Source: a virus. Taken from it: a stretch of DNA of 64,000 bases. The stretch is taken from IMG/VR virus record IMGVR_UViG_3300045974_000760, positions 64,001-128,000 of that record, one strand, 5' to 3'. The translations under genes and the position numbers were made by a program. The notes under the pieces were generated by a model, which was not told the DNA's origin, ran no database searches, and was given only the letters and a program-made list of their open reading frames with translations. Shown here piece after piece: positions 18,867 through 29,284 of the stretch (the stretch's first letter is position 1; every line of letters begins with the position of its first letter).

Positions 18867-20883
18867 CCACATCAGGTTGATGCTGTTCGGTCCGTACGAC
18901 ACTACGTTCAGCCCGCACCTTCCCTGTGAGATTCGGGGATGTGCGGGCAGTCGTTGTGAGCTCATGTCCGAAGACATGTTCTACGGTGACGGTGAGGACA
19001 TACACTTCGGCACGCGCAGCTACGACAACGAGCTCGAAGCGCCGGAGTACATACCCGACGGGCCCATTGGCTCCTTCGAGATGGCAGGGCCTCGCGCAAG
19101 GCGCGCGGTCTTGGGCGTCTATGCGTTACATCTGGCTCATACTCGGGCCCGGGCCCCGGCACGAGCTCCACACCGAAGAGACGCGCTTCTGCTTCGATGA
19201 CTGGAAGGCCGACGCAGAAGAGTACCCAGAACCTCCCTGTAGTGAAACGAAGGCCAGCGGCTGCCTGGCAGTGGAGTATCGAGAATGGAGGTGAGCAGAT
19301 GATGACCTGGCTACGGTTGTTTCGAATGACACCGATGACGGAGAACTGCAGGTACAAGTCCGGCGTTGGTGCGCACCAGCGTCAGCACATGCCGTGGGAG
19401 GCGCAGATGTGGCCCGGTCTTGCGGACGGGGGCAGCATCTTCGAGAGCAGGGGCGAGGGCATACATCCGATGGCTGACTCTCGCGGTCTATTCACGGCTC
19501 CAGAATGATGCAGATCTTGAAATGGCACTACTACATAGTCGGTGAACCTGGGGACTCGATCGCGGGGCAAGGTGACTATCGTTTCGCAGCGGGGATTGCA
19601 ACACCTGCTGCGCCGCGTTTTTCCGACGAGTACGACGAGCACCACGGGGGTGGAACAAATGAGCTGTGGAGGAGGCCAGAACGTGATGACACTACAACGG
19701 ATTGATTTCACCGTCGGCATGCACTTCGTACATGCCGGGCGGGACGAGCTCGGCATCTACGGCAATGGCCAGTACATGCACTACCCGTACGCCGTAGATG
19801 CCGTCAGCATCGGTGATGGTTGGTGCGGTACGGACGAAGTAGTTTGCCACGGCGAAGGCGCCTCCTACAGGAATATTGCGCATGATACCTAGCAATGCCC
19901 TGCTCATCGTGCGGTCCCGCTACACACTGTTTGCTGAGCCGTGCCCTGGCCTAATGGCCTCCGACGCGGCCTGGTGCGCCTCACTGACCAACACACAGGA
20001 CGCACGACGTACCTGGCATTGTTACCTCATTCGATACCGAGAGTGCATCGGTGAAGCGGAAGGATGGGAAGATGATTGCGGTTAGAATGTCCCACTACGC
20101 GTACTGGGGTACTTCCAGTCAACCGTATCGACACTACGCTGAGTCGCAATGTGAGTACCTTTGCGAGCGTCCGTGGAAAGGTGACGCGGAGGAGTACGTG
20201 TACGATGAAGAGGAAGCGCTGAGCGGTTGTCTGTACGAGGAGTACACGTACAGCCACCGCTCGGCAGAAGGGCGGTGTTTACGTGTGGCTACGAGCTCTG
20301 CCCTTCGTGCCCTACATGCACTTCTACGAGTACACGCCCATTGCCTCCCACGAATACAACCTCGTAACGGAGTGGAACGTGTTGCTCGTAGAAGAGCTCG
20401 ATACAACGAACCCAACATACCGAGGTTACTGCGCGGACGAGATACTAGACACACACAGGGGCATCTAATGATTGTGCTTCGAATGTCTCACTACACGTAC
20501 GAAGGCACGCACGCGCAGGATGAATGTGCGGACTGGTATAGCGAGGCGTATCCGCCACATTACCTCTGGGCGGTAGATGCGGAGGAGTATGCCTACGTGG
20601 CCCCCCTCCCTGGTGAGCCAGGAGGCGGTGTGCTCGACCACGAGTACACCTACAGTAGTCGCGAGATTGAGAATCGATGAACAACAACGCCTATCTCGTG
20701 TGGGTACAACAGCAGCGGTGCGTCTTGTTCAGTACGCAGAGCCCGCTCGCTGACACGTACAGCCTGTGGCGCGATGATGATGCCCGTGCCTGTCTGCAGG
20801 CCCGTATCTCGCGGGATTACGAGGATTACACCAATCCTCAGCTCGTACTGAACGACTACAGCGCGGGTGTACGAAAAGAGTAA
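18853..20883 (+). other. Array of ten coupled mini-CDSs (18853-19200, 19121-19294, 19299-19508, 19505-19705, 19686-19892, 19882-20085, 20072-, 20283-20468, 20468-20680, 20677-20883)
   Basis: Mostly 57-70 aa, rich in Y/W/D/E/G/C, overlapping stops and starts. Confidence 0.55.
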
Positions 20884-20934
20884 ATCGGGGATAAGAAGTA
20901 CGCAGGCGGTTACTACACACAGGAGGAAGAACAG

Positions 20935-21348
20935 ATGGCTGATGCATCAACGGGGAAGTTTGAAGTGGGCGCGCTGAGCGCGTCGTACCGGCAAGAGGGT
21001 TCACTCACCTACGTCACGCTGCACCGCGCGGGCAACTCTAGTATCGGCCCCGCTGTCTTGGGGGCTACCGCAGAAGACCTGGCAAAAGTAGTCGCAGAGC
21101 TCGTTGATCGAGGGCTCGTGCAGCTGCCCGTAATGCCGACACAGAAGCGTGAGGCGCTCAAGAAGAAGATCGCCGAGCTGGGCATAGATGCGACCGTGAG
21201 CGACCCGGCTGATTACAAGGCACACGATTGGTGCACCGCTGAGGTGCTGGCGGTCGTAGTGGTTGCCTCCCTCACACTCGACCAGATGCGGCTACTGCTA
21301 GTCACGTGTAGAGAGACATTCAAGGATAACGAGGTAGTTATCCGATGA
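20935..21348 (+). CDS. Hypothetical protein (paralog family)
   Basis: AGGAGG SD; VVAELVDRGLVQLP. Confidence 0.65.
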   Translation: MADASTGKFEVGALSASYRQEGSLTYVTLHRAGNSSIGPAVLGATAEDLAKVVAELVDRGLVQLPVMPTQKREALKKKIAELGIDATVSDPADYKAHDWCTAEVLAVVVVASLTLDQMRLLLVTCRETFKDNEVVIR

Positions 21349-21527
21349 GCGTCATCGTCATCATCGACCTCGAGGGTGATGAGGCGGCGAAGCTGTTGAA
21401 GTCCGCCATCATCATGCGGGACGCTGACCTCAAGCGCATCAAGCGCCTGGTGAAGAAGCTCGGCTTCCTCGATGAGTTCAAGAAGCTGGGTATTGACGTC
21501 TACCCAATCAAGGCAAAGAAGACATGA
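21345..21527 (+). CDS. Small hypothetical protein
   Basis: ATGA coupling on both sides. Confidence 0.6.
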   Translation: MSVIVIIDLEGDEAAKLLKSAIIMRDADLKRIKRLVKKLGFLDEFKKLGIDVYPIKAKKT

Positions 21528-22234
21528 GCGCGCCCAAGTACTGCTGCGACACGATGAAGCGGCAGATGGAGCACAACTGCGTCAAGTGCATGGGCCAGTA
21601 CGCTTGCCCCGACAGGGTGATCAAGCCACCCAGCGTCCCTGGTGCCGCGTTTGGACTCTACATCCTCGACGGGGGCGCTGCGTACTACGCCATCTACTTC
21701 TGCCCCTGGTGCGGAGCGCGTTTGGCCAGCTGGTGCGGGGCGTCTCAACAAGAACAACCGACCAAGGAGGAAGTGATGGAAGACGAACGGAAGAAGCCAA
21801 TCGAAGGCAACGTTGACTCGTACCGGGAGATCCTCGAGTACAGGGGCTATGACCGCTCCGCTGTATTGCGGTTGCCGTCACGCGCGCCCATCACTCTGCA
21901 GCGCTATGAGCTCGTGGCGGTCGCCATGGCCGTGTTTGGCATGCTTCGAGACAAGTTCAAGGGCGCGGCGCCTGAGCAGGTGTTTGATGCGATTGCGCGG
22001 ATTGTGAGCAGCGAGTGGAAGCCGTCTCCGCAGGAGGTGAGGGACGCGGGCTTCCTGTTGAATCAGGAGCTCACCCTGGCTGGGTGCGCCACGTTTGAGA
22101 TGGTCGGCTACACGCTGACCGAGCTCGTGGTGTACTACAAGGCCGGTGTTCCAAACACCGCCACTGCCAGCGCGTTTCTGCAGAACCTCCCACCCTCGTA
22201 CCGAGGTGTGCGGGTTGTGCCAAAGGCCGTGTGA
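21524..22234 (+). CDS. Cys-rich Zn-binding domain (CCxxM...CPD...DGG...FCPWCG) fused in frame to a second hypothetical domain
   Basis: Motif; internal AAGGAGG + ATG near 21776 suggests a second start. Confidence 0.6.
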   Translation: MSAPKYCCDTMKRQMEHNCVKCMGQYACPDRVIKPPSVPGAAFGLYILDGGAAYYAIYFCPWCGARLASWCGASQQEQPTKEEVMEDERKKPIEGNVDSYREILEYRGYDRSAVLRLPSRAPITLQRYELVAVAMAVFGMLRDKFKGAAPEQVFDAIARIVSSEWKPSPQEVRDAGFLLNQELTLAGCATFEMVGYTLTELVVYYKAGVPNTATASAFLQNLPPSYRGVRVVPKAV

Positions 22235-22990
22235 TGAAGACCACCTACCTGATGTACTTCCTGAGCATGGCCCTTGTGGTCGTGCTCGGGAGCTGTGGTG
22301 CACGAGACACAGATAAGAACCCTTCTCCAGAACGTGCGTGTGAGCTCGCTTGTTTGCCTGGCAGGGGGACGCTCAGTACCTTCTTCAACAACGGGCACTA
22401 CAGCTGTATCTGCGCCCCACTACCTTGCCCATCTGGGAGTGCACGATGAAAAGCAATGAGAGCCCGCTGAAGAACCCGGAGAACTGGCTTCTTGTGTTCG
22501 TGTGGGCTTGCGCGATGGGCGCGGCCTTCCTCACAGGTATGCTCGCAGGTGACCGGTTGCCTCACGCTCCACCCTCATGCACGTGTAGGTGTGAGCGATG
22601 AGCAACATCACGGTCGAGACGTGGGTAGACACCGCGACGAGTGAGAAGGAGCTGCAGGAGACACCCGACTACCTACGCGAGCTCATCCGCAAGATGGTAG
22701 CGGAATGGATGACGCGGGAGCCGGACCTCAGTGATACCGGCGCGCGGGTACTTGCAGAGAGTGGCATCAAGGCAATCTGCAAGTACTCCGACTTCCTACT
22801 GGTGTTGGGCGACGGGCATATCCGTGACCCGCAGTACCTCGTGCGCTTTGCGCTCCTGCCTCATCCGCAGCGTGAGGTATTGTGCAAGAAGTACGCGGCA
22901 CGCTTGTTCATGGCCCGCTCCGTGTTGGGCTTCTCGTGGGTCAGCCACGCGCAGCTCGAGGCAACCGTCAGCTACATCGAGGGTAAATGA
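22231..22990 (+). other. Small CDSs: 22231-22449 (lipoprotein-like, LGSC), 22446-22601 (TM), 22598-22990
   Basis: Coupled ORFs with hydrophobic segments. Confidence 0.55.
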
Positions 22991-23397
22991 CTACGTGCAA
23001 AGTGGACAGTCGGTACTCGTGGGACGTACGAAAGCAGTACATGAATCGCGAAGGACAGCACATCGCCATTCGGGAGGAAGGACTGCTCGACACCGTGAGC
23101 ACGGTTGTTCTGTCCGGCCCGGTACTTCAGGATATCTTCGAGGAGGCGCTGAAGCGCGGGCTGGTGTTGATGCCGCTGACCAAGCAGCAGAGGCTAGACA
23201 AGCTGCAGGAGCGCTATGCGCTTATCAAGTGGCTTCGCAAGATGGTGTTCTGCGCGGGCGCGATACCCGTGGTGCATGTGAAGCTCAACGGTAGGGCGCT
23301 GCTGGATGAGATCAATGTCTTGCGGGATGAGATTCGCAGGGAGCTCGGTGACGAGGTTCAAGTGAAGGTGACCTTCGGCGACGATGGAGACCAATGA
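22987..23397 (+). CDS. Hypothetical protein (paralog family)
   Basis: IFEEALKRGLVLMP. Confidence 0.65.
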   Translation: MTTCKVDSRYSWDVRKQYMNREGQHIAIREEGLLDTVSTVVLSGPVLQDIFEEALKRGLVLMPLTKQQRLDKLQERYALIKWLRKMVFCAGAIPVVHVKLNGRALLDEINVLRDEIRRELGDEVQVKVTFGDDGDQ

Positions 23398-23519
23398 TGT
23401 GAGGTAACGAGAAAGGCGCGGTCCCGTCTTTTTCGTAGCTATATGTCTTGCCCCGCAAATACAAGCGCGTAGTCGGGATAAGCCATGTGAGCGCACGCTA
23501 CGCGTTCAGAAAGAAGAAC

Positions 23520-24621
23520 ATGATTGAGCATGGTAGGAACCGAGAAGGTCTCACGTGGGTGGAATGGCGCCTCGCCGCCAAGTTCGTCGGTGAAGAGCCC
23601 CCGCGTTCTTTTACCGCATGGCAAAATGGAGAAGATCCGACAGAGTGGGCTGCGGACCTCGAGGAGCATACGCAGCAGGCCATCTCGAACTTCACTGAGA
23701 AGGAGTTCGTCTACACACCGTGTGTAGAGGATGGTCCCGGTGAATACAACGTAGTGATGCCGGTGGAGTGGAAACCGTTCGATAGGGCGGCCTTCCCACG
23801 ACTGCTTACGCACACACGCTGGACTCTCACGTACCTCAAGGTCGGGGAGAGCGCGCTATTGTCCACCATCTATAACCCACAGAAGCAAACCTTCTACGCA
23901 GTAAGGAGGACGAAGTGATCAAAGGCGTCGAAGTGGGTGACCGTGTTCAGTTGATTGGCCGCCCCAAGCAAAGCGGGGAGGTGCGAGAGGTAAAGCCTGG
24001 AGCGGTGTTCGTGCGTCTCGGGGACTACCCCGAAGATGACCCGTGCTGGGTAGAGCTCGAGCACCTGGAAGTGATTGGTGTGGCCGAAGAAGTCCCAGAG
24101 TCATTCCGTGCTGCGCTCTACCTCATCGAAGATTTGAAGAAGGAGCGCGACCTGTGGCGCCTGCGGTGCGAGTGGCAGGAGGCGATCGTGGCGGCCATCG
24201 CTGCGGAGAGAAAGTGGCTCACGGCGAAGGAGCAACACTCGTACACGCCCTGCTTCGAGGAGTGCGTTGGGGTAGCCGAGAAGAGGAGAGACGCAGCCAA
24301 GGCGGCCTATGTGGCCGCGGGAGGTGTGGTGTGATGGACCCGCGCGATAAGCCACAGCTGCGTAGCTTCGTGTGCTGGTACACGAACTTCAGCTACAACC
24401 GGTACATCATCAACACGAGCAGTCCCGACCACAGCCAGGCAGCACTGCAGTTCGACACGGTTGCGCGCGGACTTGGCTGGCCTACTTGTTACGCGGTCTC
24501 AGTGCGTGAGCTGGAGCTGGATGACACGCTGGGACCACGGCATGAGTTCGACATCGCCGTCACTGTGAAGTGCCGGGAGATTGTAGAGAAGCCCCGAGGA
24601 AAGAAGAGGCAAGCGCAATGA
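23520..24621 (+). other. Hypothetical CDSs 23520-23918, 23915-24334 (N-terminal SH3/KOW-like), 24334-24621
   Basis: Coupled ORFs after GGGATAAG at 23475; VEVGDRVQL. Confidence 0.55.
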
Positions 24622-24628
24622 GTGACGC

Positions 24629-25039
24629 ATGGCCGGGGTGAAGAACCAGGACCTCGCCTCAGAGATAGAGTACCTCTACAACTGCTTCCGGAATGGGTGG
24701 ATAGGCCCCAATGAGTTCGCGAAGCAGTTGACGGTAATACGTAGGAAGCAGGCCAAACACACCATCCCGTATCTCGGCCGCCTTCTACCTAAGAGGGACC
24801 TGCCCATCCTCGACATCGACACCATCATCGAGGCGCGGCACCTCCAGGCATTCACACCCGAGACCTACAAGAGGCGGGTGATGCGTAAGAGGCTGGCAGT
24901 ACATGCGGGCTTGACCAACAACAACTCCAGCTACTTCTTCCGTACCCAGTGGGAGGTCTGGGACATACGAATGAGGTGCTGGCACAGAGACGTGAACAAG
25001 GAACTGCGAGAGCAGTACTTCCCCGACGAGGTGTGTTGA
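24629..25039 (+). CDS. LG(R/E)L...DIDxII motif protein
   Basis: PYLGRLLPKRDLPILDIDTIIEAR. Confidence 0.65.
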   Translation: MAGVKNQDLASEIEYLYNCFRNGWIGPNEFAKQLTVIRRKQAKHTIPYLGRLLPKRDLPILDIDTIIEARHLQAFTPETYKRRVMRKRLAVHAGLTNNNSSYFFRTQWEVWDIRMRCWHRDVNKELREQYFPDEVC

Positions 25040-25584
25040 TGACGATGCCCCATCCAGTCGTTCAGGTCATGGAACACCAGCGGACCTCACCGCTCTATTC
25101 AGCGCATCTGCAGGATGCGCTGCAAGTGATGGAAGACACCATCTCCCCCGAGCAAGAGACCCGCGCTTTCGTTCAGGCGGCGCAGGTGCTGATTAGCTTG
25201 GTGGCCGGGCAGTACATAGGCCATCACATGGGCGGCCCTGCTTTCTTCGAATCTGTCACCTCGAGCCTCAACTACCACATACAGCAGACCATCGTGCCTT
25301 GTGCACGGTGGTGGCGCGGCTTCGGACACTACGCCCGCTTTGAGACCAAGGATGTAAGCGCGTCGGGAGACGTGCTGCGGATTGACTTGGGCGCGTTCGT
25401 AGGACGACTTGAGCGGGTGACGGGCTTCGCACTACGAGAGGCGATACCCGTCAACCGCCCCATGAAGCGACGACGCCCTCTCAACCTCGGGCGGTTGCTG
25501 CCCAACCCCAGAGGCATCCTCGACATCGATGAGATTATCGAGAGCCGCAGGCCCTCCGCGATACCCAGCCGAATCCGGGGATAA
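25039..25584 (+). CDS. LG(R/E)L...DIDxII motif protein
   Basis: RPLNLGRLLPNPRGILDIDEIIESR. Confidence 0.65.
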   Translation: MTMPHPVVQVMEHQRTSPLYSAHLQDALQVMEDTISPEQETRAFVQAAQVLISLVAGQYIGHHMGGPAFFESVTSSLNYHIQQTIVPCARWWRGFGHYARFETKDVSASGDVLRIDLGAFVGRLERVTGFALREAIPVNRPMKRRRPLNLGRLLPNPRGILDIDEIIESRRPSAIPSRIRG

Positions 25585-25628
25585 GGAAGGTGAACGCAGC
25601 AAGTAGCTGAACTGACCAAGGAAGAACA

Positions 25629-26902
25629 ATGCCTATCTCACCCGATGCAGCACGAACCATTACTGACCCCGCGTTGTTGACCCGCTTGTCCGAGTTCATG
25701 CAAGTCGTCGACATCGCTCTGATTCAACGCGCGGGAGCTCCAAGTCATGTCTTTTCCCCGCCCGCTGACTTGTTCGCCCACCCCAAGGCGCGGGAGTTCT
25801 TCAGGTCAGCCTACTGGGGGGCTGGCTGGCACGTGTACTTCAGGCTCGAGTACGACCGTGTCCCCGAGCTCACCCTGATACCCAAAGAGGCCAAGGCGTC
25901 ATGATTACACCCGAGGAGCTGATGAGCGTCATCGTGCGGTTGTTCGGTGCGGCTGCCGTGATGCTCCTCCTGGTGGCATCTGCGGGCCTGCTACGCATCT
26001 GCTCCCTCCAGGAGAAGCTCAAGATGGTCGGGGAGAAGGAGCGGAGGGTGACGGCGGCCGAGCACACCTCTCTCGATTGGTCCCGTCGCATGGGCCTCGG
26101 TATGCCCGTAGGCCAGCAATGCAGCGTCGTGGATGACGCAGGGCGGGTCTTCTGTACCCTCGCCCATCGAACCCCCGACACGTCTCTCGCAACGACGTAT
26201 CTCTGGTGCACCGCTGAAAGGTGCACCACAACAGACACAATGCCTGTACCGGAGTTACAACATGGACATCTCATACAGCACGCAGTTGTGGGAGCTACCG
26301 GTTGTGGAGCGCAACTGGTGGAAGCAATACGTGAAGGGCAAGGACGGGATGAGCGTCGACTTCCCGAAAGACCGCGGTCTGATGACCGTCATCACCGCGA
26401 GCTCACAGGAGCAGCTCGACGCTGCGCTCAAAGAGTTCGACGAGAAGTATCCCTCGATGTACTCCGGGATGAACCGGGCAGTAGGTGGGCCATGACGAAC
26501 CAGAACGACTACAAGCTGCGTTGGCGCAATACCCCCGAGGGCTACGTCCTCTTCCTGCGGTCCCATGAGGAGGGTAAGCCAGATGAGATAGTGGCACAGG
26601 CGTGTTTGGCACCCGCGCTTCAGACCGCCATCGTGCTGGTGGTGTTGCGCTCGCCACAGGGTAAGCCGCTGACCGTCGAGCCGGTGGTGTCGATAACGAG
26701 CGGGGCGCTCTCGCTGGAGGAGACGCTCGAGCTCGCTGTGTGGTGCTTCGAAGAGTCGGGCCTGGAGACAAGGCAGCTCCAGCCCAACAGCATCGATTGG
26801 TTCGCCTTCCCGTCGGGAGCGAAAGAGCGGGCCCAGGCGAACAGGAAGAAGCAGCTCGATCAAGAGGCTGCAGATGCTGCTTGCAAGAAAGAGCCGAACT
26901 GA
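25629..26902 (+). other. Hypothetical CDSs 25629-25904, 25901- (TM), 26262-26495, 26492-26902
   Basis: The 333-aa track ORF appears to span several genes. Confidence 0.5.
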
Positions 26903-26911
26903 CACAGACTA

Positions 26912-27019
26912 GGAGGAGTCGGGAGGTACGCGGTACACAACCACTACTGGTTTGAACGACCTTTCAGTGATGCCGGGAAGCTCAATGAAAGTGTTCGCCG
27001 CGTAGCTCTTGGCCCCTCC
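26912..27019 (+). ncRNA. Structured three-way-junction RNA abutting tRNA-Ile
   Basis: Closing stem ggagg-a-gtcgggag-g-tacgcgg / ccgcgta-g-ctcttggc-c-cctcc plus two internal hairpins. Confidence 0.55.
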
Positions 27020-27020
27020 G

Positions 27021-27091
27021 GGGAGGTTGGGGCGGTTCCCCTAGCGGGCCTTATAAGCCGTGATCCACGGGTTCAACTCCCGTACCTCCTA
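27021..27091 (+). tRNA. tRNA-Ile(UAU), atypical
   Basis: Acceptor gggaggt/acctcct, loop ctTATaa, T arm acggg-ttcaact-cccgt; bulge in anticodon stem. Confidence 0.65.
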
Positions 27092-27121
27092 CAACAACCA
27101 CAACACAGAAAGGAGCAGCCC

Positions 27122-27565
27122 ATGGCTGTTCGACGTATCCGTGTACCTGCGCGCGAGCTCTCACCCGAGCTGCTCGATGCGGTTCGCGCTATTGCAGCAA
27201 CCAATGATGTACCTGCAGAGGACGTTGAGGTTGACATCGTCAGTCCAGCGGATGCGCCACTACGCGACCGCGTACTAGCTCTGCTGGGAACGCCGCGTGA
27301 GGGCCCGGTGTTTGAGCAGCAGTACCAAGGCATGTTCATCGAGGCTGATAGAGTGCCTGAGCACCCTGAGCTAACGCCACAGCAACAGGCGATACTGAGG
27401 CGGCAGCGAGAAGCGATGTTCGGGAGGAGATACGGGCGTAGCGGCAGAGACTTCAGTGTTTCGTCCCCGCCGCTCACAGAGGAAGAAGGGCGCGCCCTGA
27501 GCAATACACTCGTGGACTCCTTGCGTACACCGCCAGTGCTGCGCAGACCGCATCTTCATGTCTGA
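27122..27565 (+). CDS. Hypothetical protein
   Basis: AAGGAG SD. Confidence 0.6.
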   Translation: MAVRRIRVPARELSPELLDAVRAIAATNDVPAEDVEVDIVSPADAPLRDRVLALLGTPREGPVFEQQYQGMFIEADRVPEHPELTPQQQAILRRQREAMFGRRYGRSGRDFSVSSPPLTEEEGRALSNTLVDSLRTPPVLRRPHLHV

Positions 27566-28001
27566 GCAAGACTGGGCAGACATCCAGCAGTGGAGCGGTG
27601 AGTCGCCGGATATGGCAGATGCCGTGGCCATGGCCGTAGCAAACACCGTCAAGCCGCGGGTGAAGCGCCCGAAGTACCTCGGTGAACTCATGAAGAAGGG
27701 CGGGCTCGATATCGACGCCATCATCAATAGCCGGGTCGGTGACTACTACTCCCTGGACAAGCCCCGTGACCCAGGCTTCGCCAACTACCTCAAGGACACG
27801 TACAGGTGGAGTAAACACGAAGCTCGCCGCCAATGGCGCGCCCTACTCGATCGCGATATCGACCCCGCGGTAATACTCAACACAAGGAGGGCAACGTGGC
27901 GAAAGATGACGCAGAACAAGCAAACGAAGGTCGCGACCTCGGAGCAGAACCTAGTAGAACCGTTATCCAGACACACTCTGTGCAGCACGTCTTCGCTGTA
28001 G
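27558..28001 (+). CDS. LG(R/E)L...DIDxII motif protein
   Basis: RPKYLGELMKKGGLDIDAIINSR. Confidence 0.65.
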   Translation: MSEQDWADIQQWSGESPDMADAVAMAVANTVKPRVKRPKYLGELMKKGGLDIDAIINSRVGDYYSLDKPRDPGFANYLKDTYRWSKHEARRQWRALLDRDIDPAVILNTRRATWRKMTQNKQTKVATSEQNLVEPLSRHTLCSTSSL

Positions 28002-28024
28002 GGGAGGAGAGGGCAGTCGGCGCG

Positions 28025-28642
28025 ATGGTGGATGGGCGCTATCACGAATACAACCACGGCGAGACCGTACCCGGACCGAATGTCATCGAGGTGGTCGCGC
28101 AGCTCGAGACTCCGCTGGAGTACATTCGTATGCAGCTGCAGATCCCCGATGAAGTAGTTGTCGAGGCTGCCGCCGCGGGGGCGTTGCGCACTCTCACTGA
28201 CGGGGTGGAGGCGATGTACCTGCTCGACCGGCGAATCATGCGGATGCCACTGCTTCCATTCGGCCCGCTTCATCAGTCGAGGGTGCCGCTGCCCATGCCT
28301 CCGCTCCCAACAAGCAGCGCGGTCTTCCCGCCCTACCGCAACAGCCTGCCCGTACCCCGCCCAGCATGTCTCGGGGAGTTGATGAAGAAGGACGGGAAGA
28401 ACATCGACGCGATAGTAGAAGCGCGGGCGCCCGTACGGTACCCGCGGCACAGGAACCTCAATCAGCTCAACCCAGTGCATCGTGGTGTCCGCGAACAGTT
28501 CAAGGAGTACCTCATTACGAGAGGCATTACCGCCAAGAACTCCAGGCAAGCCTGGGCTACGTCGTCGGAGGAAGGGCAGAGCCCAAGGTTCGTGCTGGAG
28601 TACAGCTTCCAGTACTTCATGCATCGACTGAGGGCGACGTAG
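28025..28642 (+). CDS. LG(R/E)L...DIDxII motif protein
   Basis: GGAGGAG upstream; RPACLGELMKKDGKNIDAIVEAR. Confidence 0.65.
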   Translation: MVDGRYHEYNHGETVPGPNVIEVVAQLETPLEYIRMQLQIPDEVVVEAAAAGALRTLTDGVEAMYLLDRRIMRMPLLPFGPLHQSRVPLPMPPLPTSSAVFPPYRNSLPVPRPACLGELMKKDGKNIDAIVEARAPVRYPRHRNLNQLNPVHRGVREQFKEYLITRGITAKNSRQAWATSSEEGQSPRFVLEYSFQYFMHRLRAT

Positions 28643-28820
28643 GACCGCAGGAGCGTTGTACTTCCCGCGGTTTTCTTAGCTACAACACCGCCAATACAAA
28701 AGGTACTTGCGCTTCTGAAAACGCGCTGTATTACTTCCCTCGTCCCGAAGTACAACCTAACCGGTGACGAGGGACCCCCTCTTAGCAGTCAGTAACGCTC
28801 TGTGAAAATGTAAGCCGGTC

Positions 28821-28903
28821 GGAGTTCGATAGGACATGGCTGTCCAGGCGGTCTGTAACACCGCGGCCCTACGGGGCGAGTGGTTCGATTCCACCGGGCT
28901 TCA
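28821..28903 (+). tRNA. tRNA-Tyr(GUA)
   Basis: Anticodon arm gcggt-ctGTAac-accgc, long variable arm, T loop ttcgatt. Confidence 0.8.
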
Positions 28904-29027
28904 CTGGAAGAGCTGGCCGCCCCTCGGGGAGGAGGGGCTCTTCCTACTTTTTGTTCGGGTCGTTGGTTGTGGGTTACCCCATCGAAAAAGTCCCCCACGT
29001 CCATTCATTTATCCGAACTTGTAGTAC

Positions 29028-29113
29028 GCCTCGTGTAGCTCAGTTGGTAGAGCGCGGGATGACATCCGAAAGGGGTCTGCCCGAGGTCGATGGTTCAAGC
29101 CCATCCACAGGCA
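29028..29113 (+). ncRNA. tRNA-like RNA with anticodon loop replaced by a GAAA-capped helix
   Basis: Canonical D arm tagctcagttggtagagc, T arm gatgg-ttcaagc-ccatc, acceptor gcct(c)gtg/cacaggc. Confidence 0.65.
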
Positions 29114-29116
29114 CAC

Positions 29117-29186
29117 GGGCTGAATAAGCTCGGGCGCAAGCCCCTCTACTCTTGGTGACACAAGAGATAGACTGAGTTCCGGCTCA
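29117..29186 (+). ncRNA. Small three-way-junction RNA
   Basis: gggctg/cggctc and agctc/gagtt stems; hairpins gggc-gcaa-gccc and ctcttg...caagag. Confidence 0.45.
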
Positions 29187-29206
29187 GAGGTAAACCGGAG
29201 AAGTAC

Positions 29207-29283
29207 GGGTAGGGAAGAGAAATGGTTCTCACTGGCCGCGTAGTTCGTCCACGCCCCGTCGGTTCGATTCCGACCTCTACCCC
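29207..29283 (+). tRNA. Degenerate tRNA-like element with 8-bp acceptor (possibly Arg UCG)
   Basis: gggtaggg/ctctaccc, D stem gagaa/ttctc, T arm gtcgg-ttcgatt-ccgac; anticodon arm poorly formed. Confidence 0.45.
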
Positions 29284-29284
29284 C

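Noticed and set aside
18853-20883. Diversity-generating retroelement or RiPP cluster
   Set aside because: No reverse transcriptase, no adenine-specific TR/VR pair and no recognisable modifying enzyme in the window.
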